From NCBI RefSeq assembly GCF_022539665.2, contig NC_081331.1, positions 6,324,001 to 6,388,000 of the forward strand: a stretch of 64,000 bases of DNA, read 5' to 3'. A program made the position numbers and the translations under genes. The notes below the pieces were generated by a model that was given only the letters and a program-made list of their open reading frames with translations, did no database searches and was not told where the DNA came from. Positions 1 through 12,939 of the stretch are shown in pieces. Each line of letters starts with the position of its first letter. The first letter of the stretch is position 1. This DNA comes from Daphnia carinata. Taxonomy: Eukaryota.

Positions 1-730
1 GTGTTGCTGCGTACCAGGAGAGGTAAAGTGGAACGAAGGATTTAGTTTTTGTTTTGTTTGGCTTTTATATTTTTTTGTTTTTGTGTTTGCAATATTTATT
101 ACTTATAAATACGTACGATAAAAAACGTCGGAATTTCGATGACTTTCTTTTTGTCTTTTTTTATTTTGTTTTTTTCCCTTATGAAATACGGGAAGATCAA
201 AAGGACTGTGGAAGTCTTCTCAGGTTTCCATAACAACTTTGTTTACCTAAAGTAAACCTTGAGAAACTGTGCAAAACAAGAAAACTCAACCTGACCAGAA
301 AAAATTAGTTCTTTTCAACTAATAAAAAACCAACAAATGAGTAGGCAAAATAAAAAAATATATTGAGGTGTGGGATTGGCGACCATGAGAAAAACCTTCA
401 TGAAAACTACTCCTTGAAAGCAAATATTGCTTTCTGCTTTTTTCTTTTAACTTGAACTTAACTTGATTGTTTCTTTTAACTTCTAAATCTAATGTTCAGT
501 GACTGATGGATCAACCACGAACACACTGCTATGTTTTTTTTAAATACAAGGCAATGGATCAGTTGCCCAATATTAAAATTTTCTCGAGTCTGTAATGCAA
601 GCACAGCCTGCTGTTGTGTAAAATCTCATATATGTGAGTCGCGCCACTACCTACGGTTAGTAAGCCGGATCTCGGTGTTCATTGTTGACCCCTATTTACT
701 ATGGCAATATTATAAAACAGATTGCCATGC

Positions 731-962
731 GATACGCTGATTTGTACAAGCGCGCTGTACGGTACTGGCGCGCCAACTTTGGTTGGAAAATTCGGGCTCA
801 TTTATTTTGTCGGGCTTATTTTCAAGCCCCTAACTTCTTGAACATCGGGAGCTTGAGTGAAGTAAAACTGGATACCTTACCAATAGATGGCTATACCGTT
901 TGGTGGGTCGTCTGCGGTATAAATCCAAGGTTTATCATATGTAAGCTTGCAGCATATTTGTT
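731..962 (+). repeat. Dispersed repeat, direct copy of 47417-47650 (DNA-element fragment)
   Basis: By-eye alignment from cgatacgctg...gtacggtactggcgcgccaac...gtcgggcttattttc to aagcttgcagcatatttg matches 47417-47650 with scattered substitutions. Confidence 0.9.
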
Positions 963-2726
963 ATGCTGGCATGTAATCGAAGTTTTTTCATTTTAGGCGA
1001 TGGCATTCGCATTATATTTTTGACAACGCCTACTCTACAATGGGATAAATTTTTCATAGAATAAGCGTCTGCTACAGCTATGTGTTGCAGTATCATTCTG
1101 ATGGTAAAATATCAATTAAATTTTAAATAACTTTTGAATTTCCTTCTCTGTATTTTGACAGTGACGTGACAGTACTGGTTGTTGGGGTTATTTAGGGACA
1201 AACCTTTTCCATTTTCCCATCCAGTCTGTGAGACAACTTTGATTGCTTGTTATAACTACAACAATATTCCCTGCATAATGAAGGGAATGTACACATTTTC
1301 TTCAGTGAACTTTTCCCTGAACTGTTGCCTGAAGTTGAAAACATTTTGGAATATTTGGTTGGAGCTACTCTGATATTATTCAGTTGCAGGAACTGGATCT
1401 TGTCCTCTTTCTTGAGCAGTGTTTTGCCTTTTCAACAATCAAAGAGGCCTGCAAACATTATTGATTTTCTATCAGTGACTGTCATTCTGCCAAACACGTC
1501 TTCTTAAACAATTTGGTAATTGATTGATGGCTTAGAGATCACGAGTTAATTAAATAAAATATCTTAAATTACAGAAAGGAAAACTTCCAAGCGACAAGCC
1601 CATACTTTGGTGGAGGTTGACATATTTTTAATTGAAAACTATCAGTATTGTTAAAATGATTTGGATATTTTGGTCCAACCCTCACCCATGGTATGTTCAA
1701 AGTGAAGTGCATAGTTAAGTTCTCATTGGAAACATGGTCCAGATCTCCCATGTTACGGTATTTGTTTCATTCAAAGTGATGCACAATTAATAGGTTCTCT
1801 CATCTTTTCTGTGGCCACATTTTACCTTGATCTGAATTTTCTTTTTCATTCCAGATTTCATGATGAAATTTTGCGGCTAACCGTAAAAGATGTCCAGCCC
1901 TTATATTTCCCTGTTTCAGAAATAGAAGACGAAAAGAGATGCTAGATTTTCGAAGAACGCTACTTTCACTTCACGGTTAATTGCTGATTCATCCAGAACG
2001 TAAAACATCTATATTTTTACAAATTAAAGTGCATATCTGGGCTCCCTTCTTTTCTGTGGCCCCGTTTCCCCTAGATTTGTAATAAGCCCGTAGGGGGTCA
2101 TGCCCCTACTGTGATCAGCAGCAAAGGTTGTGAGTGCGCTGTCTGGAAAGGGGACGTGGGGGTCCTCATCGTCCGATGATATCATTGGAGGGCTATGGGG
2201 CTACCCAAAAATCCGAATTAACAGTTAATCGCTCACGTAAAAGCTTGTCCGAAACCTTCGCTCTTCTTCCGGCTTCTCTTAGCCACGCACCGGGTAATCT
2301 CCCCGGTGAGTCAACTGAGGTAGTGTCTCCCCCTACCTTGGTTGACAGCAACTTTGAAATCGGTTATTTTGCCCTTTCAAAGTTGCAAGTCTTTAAACTG
2401 TTCCGAGTATTGATGCAATACAAATTCTTAAAAAAAAAATTTACAGGTTTTGTATTTTTTACTGTTGTGGTGATGCTCTGCACTTTTCACTATTGTGAAC
2501 ATTTCCTTATTTATGTCGCAATGTCATTTTAATGTCGTATACGTTTTACCTTCAATTTTTGCTGTTGACAATTATCGGAGAATATTTCGTTGTTAAATGA
2601 CTTCATTGTATATGGTACGATGCACTTTAATCTCACTTCATGGATATTATACAACTTTTAGTGCATTAATGATGTATTTGACATCTTTGATCATCTTTTC
2701 TGTATATATTTATTTAATTTCATTTT

Positions 2727-2797
2727 GACTCTTTATGGGATTGAACCCTTGATTTCTGGCGTGCGACGCTGATGCTCAACCACAGAGCCATGAGTCT
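2727..2797 (-). pseudogene. Decayed tRNA-like sequence, Ala(CGC)-like
   Basis: Reverse complement GACTCA-TG-GCTC-TGTGGTT-GAGC...GT CGC AC...GGGTTCAATCCC...GAGTCA. A box, D stem and B box are retained; the anticodon stem is broken. Confidence 0.65.
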
Positions 2798-2991
2798 TGT
2801 AAATTAATTAACAATATTTCCATGTCTTTTGAAGGAAACCAATTTGCACTTGTAATAATATTGTTGTGCGTCCCAACGCAATTTAACATTTCTGTCTCGG
2901 AATGTCACCTATAAATACAATAGAGTGATTCATTTTTTGTACAAAGAAATATTGTCTACAGTGGGAACCGTAACTCAATCCTCTGGCACAG

Positions 2992-3066
2992 AGGATCCAG
3001 ACGAGACTCGAACTCTTGACGTTCGATTCCCGTGGTCAGACGCTCTACCTCAGAGCTATTAGTATT
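2992..3066 (-). pseudogene. Decayed tRNA-like sequence, Arg(ACG)-like
   Basis: Reverse complement TAGCTCTGAGGTAGAGCGTCTGACCACGG...GAGTTCGAGTCTC. The sister copy at 44203 reads GCGTCTGACTACGG, as in eukaryotic tRNA-Arg(ACG). Confidence 0.65.
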
Positions 3067-4502
3067 AAGTAATTTCCCGTAGCGTGCCAGTACGCTACAG
3101 CGTAACGTAAAATAAGAAAAAGTCGGGCTTATTTTTAAACCTGACTGTACATCAGATGGCCGTGCATGATAAGGTTATAATAATAGCACGAGGTATATCT
3201 TCATGCTATGATCTATACTTATCAGGTATACCTTCTCCTTAGTGTGATACATAATACTAGTAGTCTATGTTAACGAAGTAGTGTTATAAGTATAGGCAAC
3301 TCACGCGATCAACGAATAGTGAAATAGCAAAACAAACACGAAAAAAGCCGCCACCCCATTTCATTTATGATCAAAATGCTTAAATTGTTTGGAATATTAA
3401 TGTTCATTTTTTACTTTTTGCCAAGTTGAAAAAAAAAAATACCGGAAGTGACCGGAAGTAGCCTATATCTCCCGAAATACTGGGCCCACAACAAAACAAA
3501 TATGATTTTCGTGATTCTTGTGAAATTTAAGGTGTGTCTGACGTATTGTGGCCTGTTTTTGGCGAAAAGTCCAATTTGGTCAAAATCGTGATTTTTCCTG
3601 AACTATAGTTCAGGGAAATTTGCGATTTTTGACGATTTTCGGGTATTTTCTACTGACACATGGATTCGATCCCAAATTTCACGAGGATTACGAAAATGTG
3701 GTTCTTTTTTCATTCAGACCAACAGATAGTGAGTTATTAAGCATTTCCAAACCAGAAGTTATACCGGAAGTTAAAATTTCGAAAATTTAAAAAATGAACT
3801 ATGTTCTCCTTTACAAGGTACACAAGATCTGCATAGTTTCAGTCGTAACTATAGTAAATTAACATAACATGGCCTTTCAAAGTTCGGAAAGTTCAGTTTT
3901 CAGGTACGACCTGTATACCACTTCTAAGCACTACCACACACATAATAATTGAAGCAAATGTTTCAAAACCATCCCCTTAATTTGATAGCCAACAGAATTA
4001 GGGTGATAGTGGAACACATACGGTTATGACCAGAAAAAAAGTAAACAGGAGATCCAATTCTTGCGGAATATTGATAGCAAAAAGCACATCCTGTTAGAAT
4101 TTCTTGAAGGTTTATTTAAATAAAAAAATTTTCTGTTACAGACTGTAAATATTTTGTTGCATTGAGAAATGACTGCTACCACGTTTGTAACAATGGCTTT
4201 ATCCAGAATGATACAACATGAGACCTGGTTTTCCAAAAGTACGTTAATATTACCTTGTTTCGATGCCTAACAGCTTACATTTTGTGTTGGTAACGAAGCA
4301 GTGTAAAATTTGCACATCAATAATAGGGGTGGAGGTAAAAACAACAAGCTATTCCGACGAAGTAAACTCAAATACACGCTTTCAACGTAACAACAAAGTA
4401 AACAATGAGAATCACATGTCAAAAAATAGTTTTGATTTCAGCCGCTAGAGGCTGGTGAACTTGCAGCGCCGTCCGCTGGAAATTATGTTCGGCCAGCTTT
4501 TA

Positions 4503-4700
4503 AAATAAGCCCGACTTTTCTCGGTCGGGCTTAAAAATTTTTTCTGAAAAAAAATGACACTCACCGGAATTGGTTGAATACCATAGGATATGCTCAAAAT
4601 TGAATGCTGATTCCGGGAAAATTGCTATTTTTAAAATTAAGTTAATCGTTTTTGAAATACACAGAATATTTGACGCAATGCTAGCGCGCCAGTACGCTAT
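4503..4700 (+). repeat. Dispersed repeat, direct copy of ~47091-47300
   Basis: The sequence aaataagcccgacttttctcggtcgggctt...ctcaaaattgaatgctgattccgggaaaattgct is shared between the two sites. Confidence 0.9.
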
Positions 4701-5571
4701 TCGGTATATTAAAAAAACGATTGACCTAATAAGAAAACTATAATACCAATTGAAGAATAAACTCGATTTCCATGCTAAGCATTTTTCTGAATCGAAATTT
4801 CGTATTTGAAGCTAAATTTTTAATTTGGCCCAAATGCAAAAGTAGGAAGGGTATAAATGACCCTTATGAAACGCCATCTGCCAGTAGCCAGTACCATTAC
4901 GAAGTTAAGTTTTTAATACGGTTGTCTAAAGCGGTTCCTTCACATTATGATTTACAAAGGCCTAACGAGGCTGCAGAGGATCTCCATAACCTGTTTTTCC
5001 ACAGCGTATGTGCATTCTTGCGATTTTGGTTGTATGAGACGAACAATTCTACAGCATAATTTTAAAGGCACAATACCGTAAGCCGTCAAGTGAATGAACT
5101 GAATTGAATACTGCTTGAAGAGATGCATTTTCGTCTAAAAACTGTGTTGTTGTATGACAGATAAGGCTGTACTGGTAGGGCTACGGTTATCGTGATTTGT
5201 TTTTCAATGACCAATGATGTAACAATTCATTTGAATAAGAATGAAATTACCAGCAGTTGGATCAATTGACTCAACGTACGGAAGATTGTAACAATACATG
5301 TTTTAATTATCTTGGTAACATGAAATACGGTACACATCCTACAATCTGTGCGAAGAGAAAATCATTTCATTAATTCTGATTTCGAACAATCTGGATTAAA
5401 CGATGATGCTTTAACACCTTTTACTGACGAAGAATGCAAGATTAAACTTAAATTTAACGCATCGAGAAGAGTCGTTTGTCCTTTTTTAGCACAACCAAGG
5501 CCAAAAGAGGAAATAATAACGGTTCTGACATAATAATGTTATTGTGAAGAAGGAGAAAAAGACAACCAACT

Positions 5572-8299
5572 TCATGGATTCTGATGAGTCTGCGAATCAA
5601 TCCACGGAAGTGCCAAAGGTGCCATTTGCAGTGGACCTGGCGAAAAACGAGATAACGGCAAGAAGGGCTGCGGAAGCCAAGGCGTATGATTATGAATTTC
5701 AATCGATTGCAAGCTTGTGAAATGCTGGACAGCAGAACTACTACATGATATCGTAGGTTGTTCCAAAGTGAGAGGCTGGTAATTCCTACCAAACACAGTT
5801 AACTGGCTGGCATATTGTACCTAGAAAAATAGAAGAGAAAAATTAAAACCCTGACCTGAATATCACGTATGAGGGTTGAATTACGTTGCTCGTTGCCTTA
5901 AATTGTTCCTTGCTTGGTTCATGTATTTTCTTTCCAATTATTCTTTCTTCCTTACGATCAAGCTCTTTAAGTTTTCGACACACCTTTATTTTGACCATCA
6001 TCCTCTCAAGATTCACAAAGTAGGTAGAGTAGTTTTTTCTTTGTTTAATGAGTTCTTTGAGTTCTAAGGTGGCTCCTTTTAAACTATCTTCATTTTTCGA
6101 AACGAGCGATTCGGCTTTTCTTTGTTGCAAATTAAACTCATCAATATGACGACGTTGTAAATTATCCTCTTCCGTATACTTTTTAAGTTTTTCTTCCAAT
6201 AACACTAACATCTCTTTAGCCACTTTTTCTTCTTCGTAGCATTGGCGGATATCGGTACTGATGGCTGTAACTTTTTCTTCATTTGCGGCAATAGCCGAAC
6301 CGAGAGAATCAACGGGTGTATCGCTGCTTACCGCTAGTAGTTTTTCTTGGCAAATTGCTACCTGCAGTTCGCGCATTGCCAGTTCTTTTTTCACTAGCCT
6401 GATTTTTATTTCAACAATCAATGCATGCTGTCGATTTCTCTCGGCCAGGCATCGTTCTCTTTCCTCTCTGTTAGTAGTCGATGCCTGATTCAACGAATTC
6501 ATTACTGCAGCTCTTACAGTCATATCTGCATGCAACTCGGTCAATTTCGATTTTAGAAGTTCTCGCTCGCCTTCTAGGCGTTTACTTGCGGCAACGATTG
6601 TTGTCAGAAATTCTTTAATTTTGCAGGCCACTTCTCGTAATTCGATCTCCTTTTTTTCCAGTTCATCAGTACCGACGTTTAATGGGATATACTCTTCCCT
6701 ACCTGAACAGTTCACGCAGATAAGCTTAGAGAAAATGAAAAAAAAAAACATCATTTGAGATGCTTACCTCTTAAGGCAAAAGAAAAATAAGGAGAATTAT
6801 CACAGTCGAAGGTATGCCGAGGATTTTGTTGTAGACGCGGTCTGCATTCTATGCTGGCATCTGGGAAAAAAAAATCACATAATTATTTTACAAATACGTA
6901 AAACTGACGTAACAAACCTTCCGGTAAAATGGCATAATCTTGATTTGCTGAGACAGTTACTGGATCGATCCCAGATAATGCAGCCAATTCTGCTTGTGAG
7001 TCCAGAAATGAATGAAATGATAAAATAAAATGTTTAGGATTATAACTTGCCATCCCCAGCTGGCTCCGAGGGAGAAGATGGGACTATGCAAGCCTCCCTA
7101 TTATCCGTGCACGGTGAGAGAATAGGTGAATGTGGTGAATAATTTATCAAATCTTTTTTTTCTTCGGAAGCTCCACATGATTCGCTGTTCTCTAAATGAT
7201 GTACAGAAGTCTCTTCGACTACATTTTCACGTGCAGAAAATGTAGGTGATACGACAACATTACGATTGGCTAAACCTAATTCCCAACAGTTAGACAATAT
7301 AGAAAATGATTGTTACCGCAAAAGAAATATATATATATAATAATAAATAAGTAAATAAAAACCAGGAAAAACGAACCGCTACATAGCGAGGACGGTGGAA
7401 AGCCGAGGTTAATGAATGCGAAGTTTCCTGGAGGTTCCGAAACCACTGGGGGAACTTTCGCCATCTCTGAGTTATTAAAAGTAAGGACAAGGGCTTCTTC
7501 TGAGGCTAACAACATGTTCTTCTCTGAACGTTCACTTACACTTGCACTGCATGAAATAGTACCTTGATTTTCAATGGCTGCTAGTTCAATTACTTCAGAA
7601 ACATTTTCTGTTTGTTCAGTTTCAAGGGGTATTGTAGAATTAGAATCTGATCCTGGAGATGGTACAAAACTTACTGGTGAATTCAGTTTATTGTTGTTGA
7701 TTGACTGGAAAGAAGAGAAACCAAGTTATTTTTTTTTTTTTTTTTTTTTTTACATATTTGAAAAGAAAAAGAAGACAAAATAATAGTTACTTGATCACTT
7801 CGTAAGTTATGAAGAGTAACGTCTTTAACTGCCTTAGTTTCATCAACACCTTCTACATGTTGTTCAGTGGCTGTAGGCTTTACTTTTTTTGGGGGTGTTA
7901 CGTTACCAGAATCAAAAACTGATACTTGTGCAAAAGATTCTTCTTGATAGCCAGTGGATTCAGTTCCAGAATTTCTTTTTCTTTTCCTCCTATATGCTGC
8001 ATCAAGGGAAACAGAATTGGTTTCAGAAGACAATTCTATAGTTCCTGAATCGAAGACATAGTGTTACTTCACTCTGAATAAATGTTTAGTATATAAAGAG
8101 ATATGTTAAGCAAATTGCAGTACAGCAATGCAATAGAATTTCCCCTACATCTTTGGTAGGTCACATACATAATAAGCTTTTTCTATTTGGTTTAAATGGG
8201 AACAGGTTGACCCTGACACTCTCCAAAACAACTAACGGGAATACAGGACTACACTGTATAAGCAATGAACTGAACAAAGATATTTCAGGTACCTTCCAT
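5572..8299 (-). CDS. Uncharacterised multi-exon protein: Ser/Glu-rich N-terminus with basic NLS-like motif, long C-terminal coiled coil
   Basis: Phase-compatible GT-AG exons: ATG GAA G at 8299, ~7791-8044 (RRKRKR), exons in 7040-7705, 6767-6859, and ~5868-6702 (E/K/L heptad-rich). The first and last exons are uncertain. Confidence 0.7.
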
Positions 8300-9606
8300 G
8301 CTGCTAAAATATGGACAAGTGTCTTGATGCTGATTACCCCGTACAGTCTTTGTATAGCACTTATAGATACCGATTAACTTTATTACAACTGAAACTCGTT
8401 ATCATTCCTCGTCTAATTGAAGGTCAATCTCTATTAAAAATTATGCCATAGATCGAGAACAATGTACTGAAACGAGTGAGTGTAAGCAAAATTATTTACG
8501 ATCCCCCCAAACCGCCATCTTTTTACTGAAAATCAAGAAGGAAGAAACAAGGTTAACAGACGAAAACTTGTAAACCCTACTGGCAACAATGACCTCTAAT
8601 GCCTATAATGAGAGGACTAGAGAAAATTGAAATTTCAAAAGAATACAAAGACATTCGCACGAACTTAGATGTTAGAACTAATGGTACGAGTTTTTCAACT
8701 AAGGTCCTAAATAACGGTGGGCAGGAGCATGATGGGAAATGTACACTGTATGGTGAATCGGTTGAATCTAATTTTAGGCTGTGAGAGGTGCCTAGCTGAC
8801 ATATAACCTCCAACTCTATTTTTTATGGAGCCCATATGTAGCATGTAGAGGTGTCGCAGTAACGTAGTCCTCTATGACTCTGGAATTAGCAATAAATACG
8901 TTTTTGTTCCTACTTGAATAACAGCATAGAAACCCATTTTTCTTTACGGAATCTAACCCTACAAGGGTAAAAGTTTAATATCAACGAATAACACAGTTAT
9001 AAGCAAATAAAAAACAAAGCAAGAAGTTCTTGAATGGCTGCTTAAGCAGAAGAAAGATGTCCAAGTTTGAAGATCAATTGATCTTCCCGTACTAGCCGAT
9101 TTAGAAACTAGTTCCAGTTTCATTTTTATCTTTTTTTTTTACTTGAAATTCGGATAAAAAGCTGAAATTAGGTAACGGAAAGTTTTTGAGGCAGCTTGAA
9201 ATATTTCAGAAATCATTTCTTAATTAAACATATTTCTAAGCCCCGTTAAATAATGATTTAAAAGCACTTCGGCAATCAAGCATTTCTCTTCCGGTTTCTC
9301 AACAGCCAATTACGACTCGACTTGGAGATTCTCAAGGACGAATTCAAGACAAAATGTTATTCTACTCGCAAAACGTAGTCAGTGAGGTCGTTACGTCTTT
9401 CTGTTGTTACTAATTCGATTTGTTTTTCCGACATTAAAACTATGTCGTTGGCTGTCTTCGTAACACCTAAACTCGTTCGTATTCTTGATCCAAACTCAAA
9501 TCTCGTAGATGTATGGGTGGTTGAATTTCCATTTTGGTTGGCGAAATATCTGTGCGACCAAAAAACCCACAATGAAAATGACCAGCAATTGAATTCAGTC
9601 TGTCAG

Positions 9607-11265
9607 ATGGCTCCTTCCACATTCAATGTTTCGTGTGTGTATATTAATTCCTTTCACTGTTTTGTTTTTGTTTCGTTAATTCGTGATTTTGGCCTTCCTT
9701 GTTCGCGTGATATCTTATTTAATCTAGAGTAGCCAGCGGCACAGGCTCAGCTTTGTTTAAAAGAATTTGCTTTTTAACAAGTAGAGCTAAAGATTCAATT
9801 CGTTGTGTTACCCAAACTTTACAGGAATATTGCAACTTTTTCGTAGATGTATTTGTGGCATGTGGTCTACTACTATTGAAGTTTTCCTATTCTAATGTAC
9901 TCTTTTCTTTTTTTTCCAGCTGGCAATATTCCATATCCCAATATGGAGCATGTAGCTCCAACTGATTTTCAGCCCACAGCCAATGTTCCTGATCATCATC
10001 AGTTTCCAATTGGCCTGTTAGAATCCAAGGAGGAACTGTTTGTGATGGACCCTATTAGTGATGATCAAAACTGTGATTGTATAACACAACTTCACAACAT
10101 TGCAGAATATTCCAATCTTCCAATGTGTGTGCATGCAAACTTAACACCATCACATGGCTACTATTCAGACAACATGGCATTGCTTCACCCAACAAATGGT
10201 CTTAGTGGAGATCATTTACCAGTTGAACAAAATTATCACATGGAAAACCCAACCTATCATGAAAGGGCAATCCCTAAACAACCCCAAACTTTTGAAACAC
10301 ATCCCTGCTATCCTGATGCACCCTTTCTCCCAGTTTGTATTCATCAAGGGAATGAGCTACACGTCTACTCTGAAAATTTCTGTGGTTCCGCCAGACCAGA
10401 AAATTTTGTAATGCATACCACGGAAAACGGATCATTTTTTATTGAAAATGAGCTTTCAGAAATTTCAGGATTTGTCTCCAGCAGCTTGCAGAACTGGTGG
10501 TTCTCTCATCCATTGGGACAGGTACTGAAGAACAAACGAGGATTGTCTTGCTGCTTTGTTCTCCCGTCCGGTAATGTATGGTGAGTATTGCTATAGACGT
10601 TTCAACCTAACTCAATATGAATTCAAATCATAAATTTTAACATGTACGCCCGAAGTTATGTGAAATTTACGCCCCATGGAATCAAGTTCTCGAGTAACCA
10701 ACGGGGGATTGTGTATGTGATTGACGAAGCCGGAGTTCGCACCTGCTGGGAATCGTTCACATCTTTAGAGGAAATGATTTCGGAAAGAGACCTGTTGAAA
10801 AGCAAATCTGATCGGCTCCAGGGAGACTTCAAGGAAACCTGTAACTGTGGAGCATCATCGTGCTTTCATCAGGGACAACCTAGATCAGTGTCATGGAACT
10901 CAAGCTCTAAGGATGAAACAATTCGGTAAAATTTTAAACATAGTTTTCTTCGAGAAAAATACGAAGTTACTTATCTAAATGTGGCCCTATTTCCCATTAT
11001 TTTTTCATTCAGCATTGAGCGAAAAGGATTGCGATTCTTTGCGGAAACGCAGGAATTAAAAAATTTGAACCTTGGGTTGGAAGAATATTATATGAGTTCA
11101 ACTCTTCATCATTTCGGCGAGCGAAGCGGTCATATCTATATCAAAAGTTGTCAATACCGTTTCAGCCAGAGCGTCTTTTTCAATGGGAAATCGCTTCTAG
11201 TCAAATTTCACACTCAATCGGCTCGTTTAGATAGTCATGGCCGCTTGTCGCTAAGTAACTGCTAA
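9607..11265 (+). CDS. Uncharacterised multi-exon protein: low-complexity P/H/N N-terminus, beta-rich C-terminal domain
   Basis: Three consecutive same-strand ORFs (9895-10584, 10642-10929, 10981-11265) are separated by intron-sized gaps with GT/AG sites. The start codon is tentative. Confidence 0.7.
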
Positions 11266-11844
11266 TTCTGGAAAAAATTGACGCTCAAAAGCAGGAACGG
11301 TTGTAAGCCAAACAACAATGAATTTGTTAAAAATCTCCGTGTTATTACCCCAGTTTTCTTGATATTTCTATTGGTCATATTATCGTTGTCTAGATATTAT
11401 TTTTCTACCATGTTTCTGGCGTATTATTTTTTGTTGACTATCGTTTAGTCATATTTTGGCGTTTTCTTGTTTAGAAATTTATGAACCCTCATACTTAAAA
11501 AAAAAATGAGTATGGTATATTGACGATTTCGGTTAAATGAAAAGGTTAATTATTTTGACCTTGCACGTATTAAAACGTTGCCCAGATAAATTTACTGTGA
11601 TAACACGAAATGTGTGTCGACTGTTGATATACACAGCATTACTGAACGTTATTGTTTTTCATTGTTTTGTTATTTTTATTTTTTCAATTCTTTGGCAACG
11701 TATTTATAATCTTCGTTTGTAAAGTAGGCCAAGGATAAGATTAAGCGTCTATGTATTATACTCTTCCATCCAAATATGCTTACATTTCTTGGTTCAATGG
11801 ATGGTCACTGGTACACGACAAATATAACGGTACACACTGAAGCT

Positions 11845-12939
11845 TTAATTAGAGATTAAAAAATCGGAAATAATATTTGCAATACGTTCAGGATGCGTAA
11901 GATGGGTGTGATGCTTTCCCTCTATTTCGACATAACGAACATTTTTTGAGCTTTTCCTAAGTGCTTCTATATGCTCTACCTGATCTTCAACACTCTCAAA
12001 ATAAGGTCCTTCGGTAAATTTAATAATTAATACGTCGGCAGTGACTTTTGCTGCCAGAACTACCTGATCTTGTTTTGGACAGAACGACAAGGGAGCCGCG
12101 TGCAATCGCCTATCTCTGCTAAATACATAGCCCCCGTTTACTTTTTTCAAACCACGCTTTAACATAATTTCGCAAGCTTTTCTGTCTAGAGATCCAAATG
12201 AACCATTTATGCTTTTTTCTACCGCTGTATCATAGCTAATAGGCTTTTCTGGGCCATTGCTTATTGCTAGTTCGTATTTCAAAAGCTTACCAACAGTTTT
12301 TCTTAATCTCAAATGCATAGTTTCAGCCCTTGTTGTGGTTACTCTAACAATATCAATATTTACAAGTTTATCTACCTTTTCTGGAAACACACCTGCATAT
12401 AGCATGGCAATACACCCACCCAAGCTATGGCCAATAAATGAAAATTTTTCCCACTTCAATTGTTGTGATATTCTCTCTACAGCTAAAAGACAGTCCAAGA
12501 AGTGATACATAATGTCTCTTGGAAAATGATCAGACATCCCATGACCTGGAATATCAACTGCAACTATTCTTAAGTTATGAGGAAGCATTGGAATCAAGGT
12601 GTCAAATGTGCCAGCATTATCCAACCACCCATGTAAGGCAAATACTGGTATTCCACTTGAAGGACCCCAGACTTTAGCTGTACAAATGTAAAGGACACGA
12701 GTGGATGTTTGACTGAACTTGAAATAATTGAAACATCCAATGTTACCTGCCACATTTCCATATGTCATGGGGAATGTAACTTCTTTGTAGGTGTTTGACA
12801 AAGCATCAGTCTGATTTCTCAAACCTGCTATACCTGGTATGGTGCACGCAGGGTTATTTGTTGTTTTTGGGGCAGCAGATGATAATCCACGGGGAATTAG
12901 GTGCTGCATTCGAAACACTAGTTTATCACAATTGTCCAT
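11845..12939 (-). CDS. Alpha/beta-hydrolase, kraken / serine hydrolase-like (SERHL) family
   Basis: HGWLDN oxyanion motif, DIPGHGMS, nucleophile elbow GHSLG and C-terminal catalytic His region (GKHHTHL). Removing a 69-nt intron at 12678-12746 gives YGNVAAKVWG. Confidence 0.92.
   Translation of the reverse strand: MDNCDKLVFRMQHLIPRGLSSAAPKTTNNPACTIPGIAGLRNQTDALSNTYKEVTFPMTYGNVAGNIGCFNYFKFSQTSTRVLYICTAKVWGPSSGIPVFALHGWLDNAGTFDTLIPMLPHNLRIVAVDIPGHGMSDHFPRDIMYHFLDCLLAVERISQQLKWEKFSFIGHSLGGCIAMLYAGVFPEKVDKLVNIDIVRVTTTRAETMHLRLRKTVGKLLKYELAISNGPEKPISYDTAVEKSINGSFGSLDRKACEIMLKRGLKKVNGGYVFSRDRRLHAAPLSFCPKQDQVVLAAKVTADVLIIKFTEGPYFESVEDQVEHIEALRKSSKNVRYVEIEGKHHTHLTHPERIANIISDFLISN

Larger units (their letters stand above)
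1502..3990 (-). mobile_element. ~2.5 kb repeat, inverted copy of 43255-45775; internal part of a degenerate DNA element
   Basis: Collinear reverse-complement match along its length. ORF pairs 1569-1751/45527-45730 and 2134-2532/44844-45095 are visibly homologous. It contains the hairpin module and two tRNA relics. No intact transposase. Confidence 0.85.

Noticed and set aside
2134..2532. 132-aa ORF partly shared with 44844-45095
   Set aside because: No ATG start, indels break the frame in other copies, and conservation is better explained by the hairpins.
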